Shown piece by piece: positions 25,642 to 40,046 of a stretch of DNA of 64,000 nt. Each line of letters opens with the position of its first letter. The first letter of the stretch is position 1. This stretch comes from Camelus dromedarius. Taxonomy: Eukaryota. The notes beneath the pieces were generated by a model. That model was not told where the DNA came from. It made no database searches and saw only the letters and a program-made list of their open reading frames with translations. The DNA lies in contig NC_087436.1 in NCBI RefSeq assembly GCF_036321535.1, positions 40,860,001 through 40,924,000 on the forward strand, written 5' to 3'. The position numbers and the translations under genes were made by a program.

Positions 25642-25995
25642 TTTTTAAAATTAAGACTTTACTTATATAGAGCAGTTTGAGGTTCACAGCACAATTAAGG
25701 AGAAGGTACAGAGACTGCCCATTTACCTCCTCTTCCCACACATGCAGAACTTCACCCAGTACCTACATCCATCACCAGAGTGGTACATTTTTTATCACTG
25801 ATGAACACACATTCACACATCATAGTCACCCAAGTCTGTAGTTTATATTAGGGTTCACTTTTTGCATTGTACGTTCTATGGGTTTGGACAAATATATGTT
25901 GTGTTTTGATTGATCATTATGTGATTGAAATGATGAGAGTATTTTCACTGACCTTAAAGTCCACTGTACTCCACTTATTTATCTCTGCACCCTTC
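25642..25995 (-). mobile_element. L1MC1/2-like 3' end
   Basis: agcagtttgaggttcacagcacaattaaggagaaggtacagaga...caccagagtggtacatt...tagggttcact...ctatgggtttggacaaat. Confidence 0.85.
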
Positions 25996-27501
25996 CAAAG
26001 TAAAATAAAGCTATTTACTTTAAATATGTTTAGTTATATTAAAATTAATGATGTAAATCAGTTTTTCATGGAATCAATCAAGTCAATTACTCATTTATAA
26101 CAATAAAATATATGTTCTGTTAAAACATACTAACTACTGTTTTCCCAAGTGTATAGTGGCATGCTTAAACCAATCAGGATTCTGCAAGGATACAATAAAT
26201 TATCTTATGTTCAGAAAAAGACATTAGTATTAAAATAAATGAAAATAGAGCAGCTAAGATGTCTTATAGGGGAGGAAGGACCAAACTTAAAACAAAACTC
26301 CTGTCAGGAACAAAACTAATTTAGTTTCATAAACAGCTGCACCTCAGAAATTCAGGCATATGAGTGATTAAAATTAAGGCTGATAATTTAAATATGCCTT
26401 AGTAACTCTGATTGATCTTATAGAGCTTCTGTTGACTATTCATCAAGAAACAATTAAGGATCCAGTTTAAAACAAAGTTTATAATCCTTGTTTAGTGGTT
26501 TTGGTACCTCAGGCAATACAGTGCTGTAAAAATGATTAAAATGTGCCCTGTCTCTGTGTAATCGATAAAACCTCTCTCTAAAATTAGTTAGGTTTCAAAG
26601 ACTCCTGAGCAGACTTGGCAGTGCTGTATCTATACAATTCCAAATACACCCTCTATCTTTATTTCCATACACAAGTTTCGTTAGACATCCTCCTCCTCTC
26701 AGCATTAAAGTCAGCTAAATGGTCAAAAAGATCACATTTTAACAATACCTCCTTAGACCAAAACAAGCTTTAAAATTGTAACAGAAATACATCAAAATTC
26801 AGTGTTAAAAAAGATTGGGAAACATACATATATGTAAATTTAAGATGATGATCACCACATTCAACAGTGATAGATTTTAAAGAGGGAGCTGAATCAATTT
26901 AAAAATTGGGAAAATACAGAAGAATAAGAATGTTTATTGGATGTACTTCTCAAAGGCATTAATCCTTTATATAAAATCTGATATCTAGATTTTTTTAAAT
27001 GAAATAATGGACAAAGTTCTAACTTTCTAACTAAATTTTAATTCTCATTAGAACTTCAAGAATCTGTCATATATGTATTTACAAATAATGCCATGAAAAT
27101 TTCTTAATTAATTTAAGCTTTTAAAAAATTTAATCTTCTTTCACTAGTGTTAAAAAATGTAGTACCATTATTTATGTTGTTGCTTGAATACACAGATATA
27201 GATTTTTGACTGCATGAAAACTTTCTCAGTGTGTTCTCACTGTCTTATAATTTATGAAACAAAGGCTGTGTGGAGTTTAACTTTTATACGTATCAGTTTT
27301 ATGAAATTACTACATTTTGGTAAATCTCCATTTTTGAACCTAAGGAAAACTACATATATCCTTTAGAAGTACATCAATTTTAGCACTCATTGTACCTTAT
27401 GAAAATAAATATCTAAATTAACTTATCACCTTTACAGATATTCATGACTAATCACTTAACTATTTTTCTTGACTAATAACTACAAAGAATAACTTAGTAT
27501 T

Positions 27502-27849
27502 TGTCTTAGCTTGGGCTTCTATAACAAATTACCACAGACTGGATGGTCTGAACAGCAGAAATTTATTCCTCACAGTTCTGGAGACAGAAGTCCCAGATCA
27601 GGTTGACAGCATGGTCAGGTGAGAGCCTTCTTCTGATTATGTCCTCCCTCAACCTTTCAAAAAGAGGGAGCATTCTTGTGTCTCTTCTTTTTACAAGGGC
27701 AGGGGTCCCATCAGGCGGGTTCCACCTTCATAACCTAATATACTTCTAATTATCTTCCCAAGGCTCCACTTCCAAATACTATCACCTGGGGGATTAGAGT
27801 TTCAACATATGGATTTCGGACAGACACAAACATTTAGTCCTATTTAACA
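27502..27849 (-). mobile_element. MLT1A-like MaLR solo LTR
   Basis: tgtcttagc...ataacaaattaccacagactgg...atttattcctcacagttctggag...gacacaaacatttagtcc...aca. Homologous to 43308-43678. Confidence 0.88.
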
Positions 27850-28149
27850 CTATAAATAGGGTTACAGTGTTAAGTAATTTATTTAACCATTTATAATAGC
27901 TTATCTTACCATTTGTTTCATGCTATATATGTATATGTGTGGGTGAGAATGTGTGCTTATGATGTAATTTTTGTTATTTTTCTGAATCTGATTGCTTAGA
28001 AAATGAACAAACACATGACTATCTGTTTAATATCTACTTGGGGTCCATCACAGAATTAATTTTTTTATAATTTTAAATAGAAATGAAGATAAGCATGTCT
28101 TACTGGATTATGATTACAGAATGCTTAAGCATTGCTATGTACATGATAA

Positions 28150-28378
28150 ATATAAATGATTTATTGAATGAATACTCACTATTCTAAGAATTTTATGTGG
28201 ATTGTAATATTTAACACTCACAACAAACCTGTATTAGGTTCTATTATTATTTTACAGATGAAGAAACTGAAGCACAGAGGATTCTAAGCAAGCACAGCCA
28301 GTAAGCAGTCAAATCTGAGAGGCAAACCTGACCATTCTGGCCCCAGTGTTTGTGATCTGACTCATGATATTCTGCCTT
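28150..28378 (-). mobile_element. MIR SINE
   Basis: ctcacaacaaacctgt...attttacagatgaagaaactgaagcacagagg (MIR core, antisense). Confidence 0.85.
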
Positions 28379-28979
28379 GTGATACTCTAAACTGCCTCAC
28401 TACGTCCTGAAAACTCCAAAAGTCATGAATATATAAACTGAAAAGTCTCAGACTGTTTTATTGCTAGCAAGGGTGAAAAAACGTATTAGCTCACAGACCC
28501 CTGTGGCCTGTGTCACTACAGGCTGAAAGCCATTTCCAGGACTATGTTCCTTCTTTCTAGTTTTTCCCTCCCTCAGACCCCTTTCATTTTCTACTGTTTT
28601 CAAAACTGTAGATACTGGAAAGCCTCTCACTTTCTATGTGATTATAGTTTAATAAAATAAATGTGGAGAGCATACAATTCACGTTTATACCTTTTCAATT
28701 ACTACTTAAGGATTAAACTCATCATTTAAACAAAATTGAGGATAATATATTAGACGTTTTAGGAATGCAGACAAGGATTAGTTGTGATTTCATAACATAA
28801 AACCAGGAATTGTACTTAAGTAAAATTATTTATCTGATTTCATGCATAAAATGCATAAGGATCATCTTATTACTCATCAGGATAATAGTCTTCCTATTTT
28901 CAATTTGTCCTTTTATTTTGAAAAAGATTAAGAAATGCATCTGAAATTTTTAAAAAGTAATTTTAAATTATGATAAATA

Positions 28980-29418
28980 GTGGGATTAGTGTTCTCATTT
29001 TCTATTGTTTCTCCCAATGTGCTCCACTTGAGCTGAAGAGGCTATAATATTAAAAATGACATATCTCAGAGTTCTCATTGGCAAATCACTTTAAATCAAT
29101 GAGAGGCATTCACAATGAGATTTTGATGGTCTATTGGCCTTTTGCTTAGTCGTTTTCTGTCAACAAACACAGCTGTGGAGACCTGTGGAGACCTAGGATC
29201 TTACTGATATCATTCCAGGGGCTAGATCAGTCCCTCCCCCCATAGCAGAGTAGAAGCAGCAGCTCCTCCAACAGGCACTGTCATGACATCTTGGAGTCAT
29301 TTTTGGAGACCCCATCTAGAGCCAACTCCTGTATTCAGCAGTTATTTCACAAACTTAAATCATTTTCTGTTTAAAATATCTAGAGAAACTTTTTCTGCAA
29401 TGGAATCCTGAAGACGTC
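28980..29418 (+). mobile_element. Old ERVL-class LTR (LTR33-like)
   Basis: aaaatgacatatctcagagttctc and the 3' end taaatcattttctgtttaaaatatctagag...tgcaatggaatcctga. Confidence 0.45.
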
Positions 29419-30754
29419 AAATGACAAACAATGGTCCAATGTTCATGCTAATGTAGAAAAAAATAACTTTTTAACATAGAAATATATAAGATATATATAA
29501 TGTTCATTTTGTTTTCTATCTTATATACCTGTAAACCATAAAATAGATAATTTATAGAATAGTCTATTATTTGGATTAAATTTCAAGAATACTTCAGAAG
29601 TATTATTTTCAAAATAAAATTCTGTTTGAAATTAATTACTACAGCTATTGAACAATCTGAGCATATACCTGCTTAAATAGTTGGCATTATTAACTAGCAC
29701 AATTTCTTATAACAAAATAAATGTATAAACTCCAAATTGAACTTCCTTTCAAGTCTTGTCCAAAACAAATAGGTAAATATTCACATGGCATTGATATTTG
29801 TCAAATAACAGATTAAGCTGAATCACAACAAAAAAATTTATGTTTCTTAGGAAATCACCAAGAATAAACAAGATACTGTTACTGTCTATGGGCAATGGAA
29901 AGTTGGCATATTCAGATAGTGTAACATTATTGCTGTATCTAAATCTTATTCCTGCTATTGTATAATTTACTCATATCCCAAATGACTGGATATTGGAATA
30001 CCACCAATAAATATAAATCAGCCTGTGTAGAAGTCTGTCTTTCTGGAAAATACTAGAAAGTTTATTAGGAATCATACAGTGTTTCCAATAAATTGTCCAG
30101 CCATGAATATCTCATGTGTTGAATTTCTGAACACTAAGAATATAAGTTCCTTACAAGGCATTTTGTGGGTCATTTTACTATAAAAATGCGTGGTAAAACA
30201 TGTATGCACCTAAATACAAATGTAAATATGATCTAATTATGGTCTACAAAAATTTCCTCTTTGTAATAAAGTAGAATCTTATATTCCCCATCCTCCTATT
30301 TTTTTTCCATCCCCATGCACCTACTCCTTACTGGCCCATAATGGTGTAAACTGAAGTGTGCTATCACGACTTCATCTAAATAGTTTGGCTTTTCACTTCA
30401 CTGAAGGCTATAAAGTCACTGAACCTTGATCTGACTTACCTAAGGAACATGTAAGGTGCACTGGTGCCACGTTGATTTTTACACTGTTTATCATAACAGT
30501 TTGGCTCCTTAATTTCTGTTTTAATAGTAAATCAAAATCTTAGTAACCTGAGAAAATATCAAATTGCCATATAACCATCATTTTTTCAGACTTGAAAATG
30601 CATCAACTACTTGATTTGCCTTTTTACTCAAGAGATATTTAAAAATAATTATAGAGGCACCATTGTCATTTAGGTAAATGAATGACCTCTAAATATTACC
30701 ACTGGCATGAATTTGTTGTGGGATATTTCTAATATTAGTATTAATTCTATCCTA

Positions 30755-30883
30755 CCTGGGCCCTACTCTTCTGACCTCATTTAACTTTAGCTACCTCCTT
30801 GTAGGACCTATCTCCAAATATATCACATTGGGGATTAGGGCCTTAAATATGAATTTTAGGGGAATATAATTCAGGCCATAGTA
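30755..30883 (-). mobile_element. MLT1 LTR 5' fragment
   Basis: tgacctcatttaac...cctatctccaaatatatcacattggggattaggg...tatgaattttagggg. Confidence 0.75.
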
Positions 30884-31674
30884 ATAAGATAGCTTCTTAT
30901 TCTATTATATAGTTTTGTAATAGAAAGTCAAAAATCCGTATTAGTCACAGACTAAATTCTGAAAAAACCTCAGATGATCTTTGGTAATTTCACATCATTA
31001 TTCTCCAAACTCCCTCTTTATTCTTGCTTTTTTGGTGCACATTTTTTTCTTTTGTACATTTGTGGCCCTGGGCACCTGTACCAGATCCCAAACCATCTAG
31101 GACTATTTTCCCTGTCTCAGGACTAGATTGCATTTCCTAGTCAATGGTCTGGTGAATGGAAATTTTAAACATTCATTAGATCTAGCACATCTATCTGGTT
31201 ACTGAAACCACTGCCTCCTTTGTCTGGGTCTTTACACAGTCTGAACCCAACTTGAAGCTAGAGGAAAAGTAACTTCGTTAATTTAGTTTAACCCATTGGT
31301 TTGCAGAAGAAGGAACTTGGTAAAACATGATGTAGAATGACTTGGAAAGGGCAAACAGAAGGTCTGTGGCACACCATTAGGTACTGATAACCGTAAATGA
31401 TGCAGAAGTTGTAAGTTAGGATAGAATTCCCGGAAGAGAAATCATCTGAAGAATCAATTTTAATCAGTTTTAATTCTACTTCACTCCTACCACTACTGTC
31501 ATTCCACAAAGCCAGTAAGAAATATCTCAATATAAAATCTGTTACTTAATCACTGAAGTTTTTTTAAGTTGTAAAATATTAGTGTTTAACTCTAAAACAA
31601 ATCATTTTAATCAAGTTTGCCCTGATCAGCTATAAAGAAAAAGCTGACAAAACAATTCTTCTGACAGCAAAAAC

Positions 31675-32115
31675 ATAAGGCAATAAAAGAAAATAAAAGG
31701 TATACAGATTAGGAAGGAAGAAATAAAATTGTCTTTGTTCTCAGGTGGCATGATTATCTATGTATAAAATTCCAAAGAATCAACAACAGCAACCAAGAAA
31801 AAATTCCGAGGAACTAATATGTGATTACAGAAAGGTGACAGGTTGTAGGAGTATTATGCAGTATCAATTGTTTTCCTATATAGTAGCAATGAACAATTGA
31901 AATTTAAAATTAAAAACACCATCCTATTTACAATCGAGCCAAAGAAAACCAAACCAACAAAAAACCCCAAAATATGTACAAGGCCTACAAGCAGAAAACT
32001 GTAAAACTCAGTGAAGAAATCAAATAAGATTTAAACAAGTTGAAAAACAAATCATGTTCTTGGACCAGAAGACAGACTATAGTAAAGATGCCAATCTCCC
32101 CAAATTTAGGTGACA
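31675..32115 (+). mobile_element. Old L1M ORF2 reverse-transcriptase fragment
   Basis: Translates to [23 protein letters not shown] (degenerate LSLFADDMIxY), later KSCSWTRRQTIVKMPISP. Confidence 0.85.
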
Positions 32116-35100
32116 TTAACAGAACAACAACGAAAAAAACCCTTGACATAATCATTTTTGTACTAGAAAGAAAATTTTTCAATCATAGTACATCTTTTAG
32201 ACACTTTCTTTGTTGTGTTTAGAAATCTGGTCTACATTTTCTCTATAGGATAAGGAGGAATTCTGTGCATATGTATGGGTGTGTGCTGTGTGTGTGTGTC
32301 TGTATATTTATATATAGCACTCTAATACAAAATCTTAGGTAGAGAAAAATAAATCTTTTTAACCTATAGTGAGACTATTTATTAGTTTAAGAAAAACATT
32401 CTAACCCTAATGTAATTTTCTTTTTTCATTTTTAATACTGTCCATCATTCCATACAGGCAATCTTACTTTCTGCAGGCTTATTTATGACTGCTCCAAGTA
32501 TTCTCCTCCTTATGCAGATAAATGGCATAACTTTTCCCCACACCCTCATCCTTGAAGCCATCATATGCAGTGTCTATGGAAGCTGTGACTTATTCAGTTA
32601 ATTTAAGAAGAAGAGAAACAGTGCAGCAAACCCTTAGTGTGGTGATAACACGAAGACTATGATAAGGACATTTTAGAGAGCATATTTATTTTAAGTTAAG
32701 CTTCTAGGTTCAATCTCAACAGTGTCAGACACTTTTGACAATAACGCGTATCTTGACATTTTCTTCTTGGTACATAGTGTCGTCTGTCATCATGGGAATC
32801 TAGTGATTTTAAAAGTAGGTGCTGCAAAGCAGAGGCTGAAATGTTCTGTCTCTGGAACAAATCTCAGTAGAAAGAAGTAAAGATCAAGTAGTTTCAAACT
32901 AAAATGAAATTCTCTTATAAGTGTTCAAGATAAATAGAGTTATGTTGACAAGGAGTGTACAAAGTTGAATTTTTTGCAGAAATAAATAGCATGATAGTAA
33001 ACTATATGCTTTGTAAAATCTCTTTCAACCTCAGGTAATAATCATCTGATCTATAAATTCAAATACGTGTGCATTTTTTAAGATGGGTGCTTTAAACCCA
33101 GAAGATGACATTTCTGCCTATTTAACTCACTTTTCAGAAAAACTACGTATAGTATTGTATCCTATTGCACTACTTATTTGTTGGGAGATTTTGGATAGAT
33201 TACACAACAGAAAGGGCTTCAACTTAATTACCCATAGATTGGCCCTAACTTTACCAATCTCAAATTATTTGAACGAAATTGAATGAGAGATTCCATTATA
33301 AAGAATTTAGAAAGTTCCTGTTATATAAGTACACAATAAATTTGTTATCTTTATCATAAAATCAAAATATGCTATCCATAGTAATCAGAGTAGAAGTTTC
33401 TATGAATTAAAAAATTTCAAATTGGTAATTGGTAAAACCTCATAGGATGTGACTTTTTGCCATCGACTTTGATCAGTTATTGTCATATCACATTTTAGAT
33501 CTGAGCTTCCAAAATATACAAGTTTTCTATGACTTACAAATATATAAAGCAAAACGCACATAATATGATTTCAAATAAAATACATTAAAGATACACACAC
33601 ATATATGTATATTCTAATATATATAATCATATAAGGCCCAGGGCTTTACATGATGTAAACAATAAATAAGGACTCAAGCATCCCATTCTTCAAATACGTT
33701 TCTCTCTACTGCGGTTGTAGAAAGAAATCATACAAGATTCTAAATTTAGGAGATTAAGAAATGAGGTTACAGGTTAAAATGCCAGGTATAGAACATCACT
33801 AATAAAAGCAAGAGAAAAATAAAGGACTTCCATTCAGCTACTAGATATCAAGCTGAATAAAATGGTCCCTCGAGCACAGACAGAGTAGTAGATGAGTTTG
33901 GAGATGATTCACTGGGTGCCCTGAGAAAGAGCAGCTGGGCTACAGTCTGAATCTCTCTGAAGTTCTGCTTCTACTCAAGTGCCATATGGATTGTGTATTA
34001 GATAAGGTTCTGGCTGGAACACTTCCAGATGTCATGGCCCAGAGAATTCACGAGTCTTTATTGCAGCATTCTGTGGATAGAATTCTTTATGGAACTGAGA
34101 ATAATTTTTTAAATTATTTCTGAATAAACAAAAATGTGATGGGAATACATTGATGCTGGCAAACCAGTTTTTGTTATTTGTTTGGTTTGGTTTAGTGTGT
34201 TTGGTTTAGTGTCCCTATTTCAGGAGTTGCTTAATAAGTATTTCATAGGATTGCATTCAATTGATTATTAAAAATATTCTAGATTAGCAACATCAATTGC
34301 TAAGTAAATATATGTTTATTTCCTGGAAAGCAGAGCCAAATGACATTGATTCTGCCATGTTGTATGATATCCCTCAACTGTCTGTCAAGGACATGCATGA
34401 GGCAGACATCAATACTTGACTTACCTGGGGCAGTCCAATGTTTTCCCTCTATTTAGACATAGGGCCTCTTGATTGCTGATTGCTGACATTATTAAAGAAT
34501 AATCAAGGTCTTTTGGGAAGCTTTATTTTATAACATAGTGTGCAAAGAAAGTGTTCTGTTCAAAGAATTTTTGCTGATCAACTTTGTTTTTTAGTTTGTT
34601 GTTTCAGCTCTTGCAATTCTATTATAAACAGTCCTAGGGTTGTGTCCTTGGAGACTCCCAGCTGAGTCTAATAATGGGCATGTGCTGACTGGTTTAAAAT
34701 CTAGCACCAGTTAATGTGACACTTCTTAAAATATCAATAAATATTTATGGTACATTATTTCAATGCAGTTAGAAATGTGTGCTATGACCTCTTCTTTGAA
34801 AAGCAGTATGTTGGCTGTTTTAAACAACTTTTATAGATTTTGAGATTGTTTCAAATATATCTATATTTGTTAATGGAAATTTTTCTTTCATGACTGAACA
34901 TATAGGTATTAATTATCTCTTCCAATTCCAAAATAAGTTTTTGACTCTTAAAAAGTTAATCAGCTAAAATAATTTTATGTTTACCATTGTTACAAACAAA
35001 CATAACTAGTTTTTCATCAATCAAAAAACTTCCCATAAAATAGATAATTTTTTGTTCTGAGTAAAAGAAAAATTAAAAGGTTAATATAAGTGGGCAAAAG

Positions 35101-35646
35101 TCATGCTCACTTCATGATATGACGTGAAACTTTAATGAGTTTTATTTTCCCCTCTGATCTAAGTGGAGGTTAGGAACATGACTCTTAAGAATGTCATGTC
35201 TTACGAAGACAATAACTCTTGAAGCAGCTCCCCTAATTATCTCTTCTTAAAGACACTTTCTCACCAGCTGCTACTTTCAGTGTTTAAATCATGAGATCTG
35301 GATCATCATCATGTAAAAACAAATATTTGTGAGCAAAGATAGTGTTGTGGTACACAGGCAAAATAAATTTCTTGATGATACATCGGTGAGCTTAATGCGT
35401 AATATGTAAGACAGTTTGTGTGGTAATAAATGATAATCCAAGGAAAAATGAAGAACCTACCCACTATGTAGAAAATTACCTCATGAGTGAAACACGTTTA
35501 ATTTACTATTTATTACACCTTCAACATCTATTAACAGTACTATAACCCCTAGAACTGAGAAAATTATAACCTAAATACACAGAAAGCACGTTTTCTTTTT
35601 TGATGGAGTGCAGGCAAGAGTAATTAAAGAGGTGATTAGCTAAATC

Positions 35647-35792
35647 ATCTTTTTTTCTTCCTTCCCTTCCTTCTATCCTTTTACCATTTATTTCTTCCCT
35701 CCCTCTTTTTTCTCCCTTTTCCCTCCCTTTTCCTTCCCTTCCTCTCCACCTCCCTTTCCTTCTTTTGTCCTTCTCTCTCTCTTTTTCTTCTA
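35647..35792. repeat. Polypyrimidine/polypurine (CT-rich) low-complexity tract
   Basis: About 145 bp almost entirely C/T on the + strand. Confidence 0.85.
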
Positions 35793-37479
35793 CTATATAT
35801 TAATGCTCCTTATAAAAGACATGTACAGTTTGTATATCTGAACAACAACAACAACAATTCCAAATGAAGCAGTTTGGACTAGCAATCAAAAGTAGAGATA
35901 ATGAAGGCTTCCCCTTTACCATTCTGTTTTTAATAATTCCAAGCAATAATATTTAAAGCAAGTTACCTGTAAGGTAATATATTTTTCCTTCCCATGTTTG
36001 TTAATTTCTGTTGTGTTCCTAGATCTCTCCTTACAGACATTAGTTTATAGTTTGGTTTGGGGTATCCTATTGAGCTCAGTGAAAAGTTGCATAGATCATG
36101 AGAATATTTTATGGGGTATTTTACTCAAAACATCAAAGACCACCAAGAACAAATCATGGACTATGATAATTTCAACATTTAACTTGCTACTCTAAATCTA
36201 GTCAGGTTGATAGTGAATAAAATTTATTAACTTGGGGGAGTAACTAATAAGAGGTTACTTGGTGATATTTACCCTGTTCCTAGTGACATATAGAAAAAAG
36301 TTAAAGTACATTTTGTGGAAACCCCCCAAAATTTAAAGATATAAGACAACTGACAAAAATGTCTGCCTTACATAAGCCAAAAGCCAAATGAACATGGGAA
36401 ACATGTTGACTTTTATCAGGGTATGGGAACTCAAAGTTGGATAGAATTTGAAAAAACATATATACATCTAACATTTAGTCAAACTTAGGCAATACTATGG
36501 GAATGTTGGTCACTGATGCAGTTAATGAACAGAATTATCTGTTTAGGCAAATACAGGAATTGATTCAGTATGCAGACTATCTATGGATGACTCAAAATCA
36601 AAAATTTCAATGCAAATATAATAGAGTAGAATTCCCAATATGTAATTTAATACAAGAAAAATATTATTCAGAAGATTCTTCAGAGTTTTTCATGGCCTTG
36701 AAGTTATAAAGTAATTTAAACAGCAAAATGTCACTAAGTACTATATGATATCTAATCTGATAATACCAAATCATAGAACTGTCAGCTTTCCAGTGGAATA
36801 ATTCAAATATAATTTGTACATACAATATACAGTGTGAATGAGAAGAATCGCAAATGATTATTAGAATGAATGTAAGTCCATCCTTCTAAGTTATGATTTT
36901 GAGAAGAGATAATCCAGTTTTTAAAATACTATTATATAAAGGATGTCACATATTATGCTGCAACAGAATGAATACATATTAAATCTGTGGATATGATACT
37001 CTGGAGGCAGAAATAAGAGCAAAAGTATCAAAAAGATTTTTCTTTTTATTTTAATGTGATAGAATTATCAACAGTAATTAGTTTCTCTGAGCTAAAGTCC
37101 TATTCTTTTCCTAAACTACTGAGCTGAACAATCTTTAGAAATAATTTTTCTTAGATTTTTTTCTATGTTACTTAGTTTGGAGGGACAGTACTGTTTAGGA
37201 AACTTCAAAATCAAGACACGCTAACTACTCTCAAATTTCTGATGATCTTACAGGCTTGTTACCAGATATATTGGCAATTTAAATTTAGGGTTATCTCACG
37301 AAGAATCTATGTGTCTTCTCTTCAATTACTGATAATAGAGGATATAGTGAATTAAATAATTTGGTAAAAGGCATTTCTGAATTAAGTGGAGGAATTGAAG
37401 TTAAAGCTCTTCAGAATTTGCCTGCCCAAGTTCACAGCTTGACCAAACCGAAAGTACAAAAGATTCTTTGAGAAGCAAA

Positions 37480-39200
37480 AGACTTCTTCCAGGTTTCTGC
37501 CTGGAATATAAAATTTGAAAAAGGCATTGTTCCCACTGTATAATAGCAACAATAATGGTCAAACCATCTTCAAATTCACAAACTTTAAACCAATCAGAGA
37601 GATGCTGTCACCAAGCAACCAACTAACTTGAAATTTAAGGAAAAAACAAGTGCTTACCAAGGCAGAGGGTATGAATACCTGCTTATCTGGGGCAGGTGTC
37701 TCTGGAGACCAGGAAGAAGAACTGAGCAGCAGTTGTTAATGAACTGATAAAGGGCAAGTATGCACTAGCAAGAAAACGTAGAACCTCTGGGGGTTGTAGA
37801 TACAAGGGGAATTTTCATACAGTTTGCAGGAGTCTCTCCACAAATCAGACAAGGTCCTCAGTAAAATATCACTGTGAAATGAGAGAAGGATTCCTTCATG
37901 GTGAGTGCCTGGGAATGAGAATGGCAGTGGCTACAGTAAAGAAATAGAATCTGCCCAGATCCATTCCCTGATCTCTTTTACTGAATCAAAACCTTAAGCT
38001 ACTAAGAGAGGGACAGCAAACACTGCTGCCTTTGAGCACTGGTGAAAATCCACTGCATTGAGTTAAAGGAAAATAAAAAACCCTCTACCACTAGGACAGG
38101 GTAGGAATATATGCTTGGCCCATACTAGAGATGGGAAGGAGAAAGACTTCTGAGAATTCCCTACAAGAACACAGTAACCACCTAAGACAGAGGCCGAATC
38201 AGAATACTGGGACAATTCCCACTGTCACCACAAAGCTAGTAAATATGGACTAAAAAGTAAGAGTCAAATATTGGGAGACAAGAGAGGCCCATTTTGAAGT
38301 ACAGCAGAAAGGAATGTTATAAAATTGAGAGTTAAACAAAGAATGAGTGGTAAACCAGCCTCCATCTTAAACACAAGTGACCTTAGAGAAATGTGAACCC
38401 TTTTATACACTGTGGGTAAGCAACAGCAAATCCCAAACCAAGCTCACTTACTGACCAGACTGACTCAGATCCCCACAGTAAAGCCCTTTCACAAAGAAAG
38501 TTTTGTCTATTTCAGGACAAAGATACCATTTACATCTGCTTCTACTATACTATATAAGATGTCTGATTTTGAACAGAAATAATTAGGAGGCACATAAAAT
38601 ATTTTAAAACAGGCATCAAAACCCTATCAAAAGACAAAGAAAACAGAACCAGACTCAGATATGACATATATATTGAGACCATCAGAAAGGGAATGTAAAA
38701 TAACCATAATTAACTTATTAAAAGCTCTAATCATCAGGTAGACTCAATGCAAGATCAAGCCAGTGATTCTAGCAAAAAGATGGAAACTATGACAAAAAGT
38801 CAAATAGAAATGATAGAAATGGACAATCTAGAAGCAGTCATGAAAATGCCTTTTATGGGCTCATCAAAAGCCTTGATACGGCCAAGGAAAGAACCAGTGA
38901 ACTTGAAGATAGATCAGTAAACTTAGAGAAAAGAAAACATGATGTGAAAAAATAGTAAAACAATCAAAATCCAAAGTCAGAGAATCCAAGAGCCATGGAG
39001 GATATCAAATGAAATAATACATGTGCAGTTGAAGTCTCAAAGAAGAGAAAGATAACTGAAGAAGAGAAACATTTGAATGAAAATAATTAATAATTTTCCA
39101 AACTTAATAACAAGCAACAAACCATAGATCCAATTAAGTTCAGAGAAGAACAAGTAGAATGAATACACACAAACACACACGCTCATATTCAAACTGCTGA
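37480..39200 (+). mobile_element. Old L1M 5' region (5' UTR plus degenerate ORF1)
   Basis: ORF1-like text at 38750-39200 (gatggaaactatg...gggctcatcaaaagccttgatacggccaaggaaagaaccagtgaacttgaagatag...catattcaaactgctgaa). Upstream boundary approximate. Confidence 0.7.
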
Positions 39201-39813
39201 ATCAGTCACATGTAGTATGTTACCTAATATCCTGTATCCACAACTCCTCTTTTAGTAACATACATTTATAATAGTATTTTCTTCATTTCTTTATAGATTC
39301 ATCACATCTCAGAGTTCAGAGAAAGCAATGGTAACCTCATGCATTTCAGAAATAAGAAAACTGAAGTCCACAACAGGAATTGCCTTCCTCAAATTGAAAA
39401 TGGTCTTGACATTCTTTGACTAATAAATTGTTAAACCATAATTATTATTCAAATTGTTAGAAATAGCAGACAAGGACAACGTATACAAATATTTGGTAGC
39501 AACAGAAAGTACAATTTGAGATACTTTAGAGATAGAATGTGATGTAACATTGCACTTTCCATTGTGGCAAGTAAAAACTGGGAAAATATAAGAATTGTGT
39601 TTGAAGTATTACACCTAGGGTTAGAGTGTGGATTATACATTGTAGAAGAGATTTGACAAAAGAACCAGAGTTCATCTCTCACTAATTCATTTCAACTTTG
39701 GTCATTCCCTTTTATCTAGTTGTTACTATATTTTAATTTTGTTATATATATATAATCCTCAAATTATGCTATCTTAGAGCTGTAAGAAAACTTTGAATAT
39801 AAATTTAGGCCAA

Positions 39814-40046
39814 TGTATTGGCCAGAGTTTTCCAGAAAAATAAAATCAATAGGATATATTCAGATCCTCAAGGGACTGAGTGATACCAATTCACGATGGA
39901 GAGGGTAAATTGCATTACTCAGTCTAATGATTCAAATATTAATCTTATTCAGAAAAATCAGCACAGACACACCCAGAAAAAATGTTTAGCCAAATATCTG
40001 GGCACCCTGTATTTCAGTCAAGTTGACATATGAAGTTGTCATCATA
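39814..40046 (-). mobile_element. MLT2-type (ERV-L) 3' LTR, internally deleted
   Basis: Both MLT2 termini (tgtattggccagagttttccagaaaa...caataggatat; gacacacccag...caagttgacata...catcata) within about 230 bp. Confidence 0.85.

Noticed and set aside
34412..34435. acttacctgg resembling the U1 snRNA 5' end
   Set aside because: The following sequence is not U1. It is just a minus-strand donor consensus, and the putative upstream exon has stops in all three frames.
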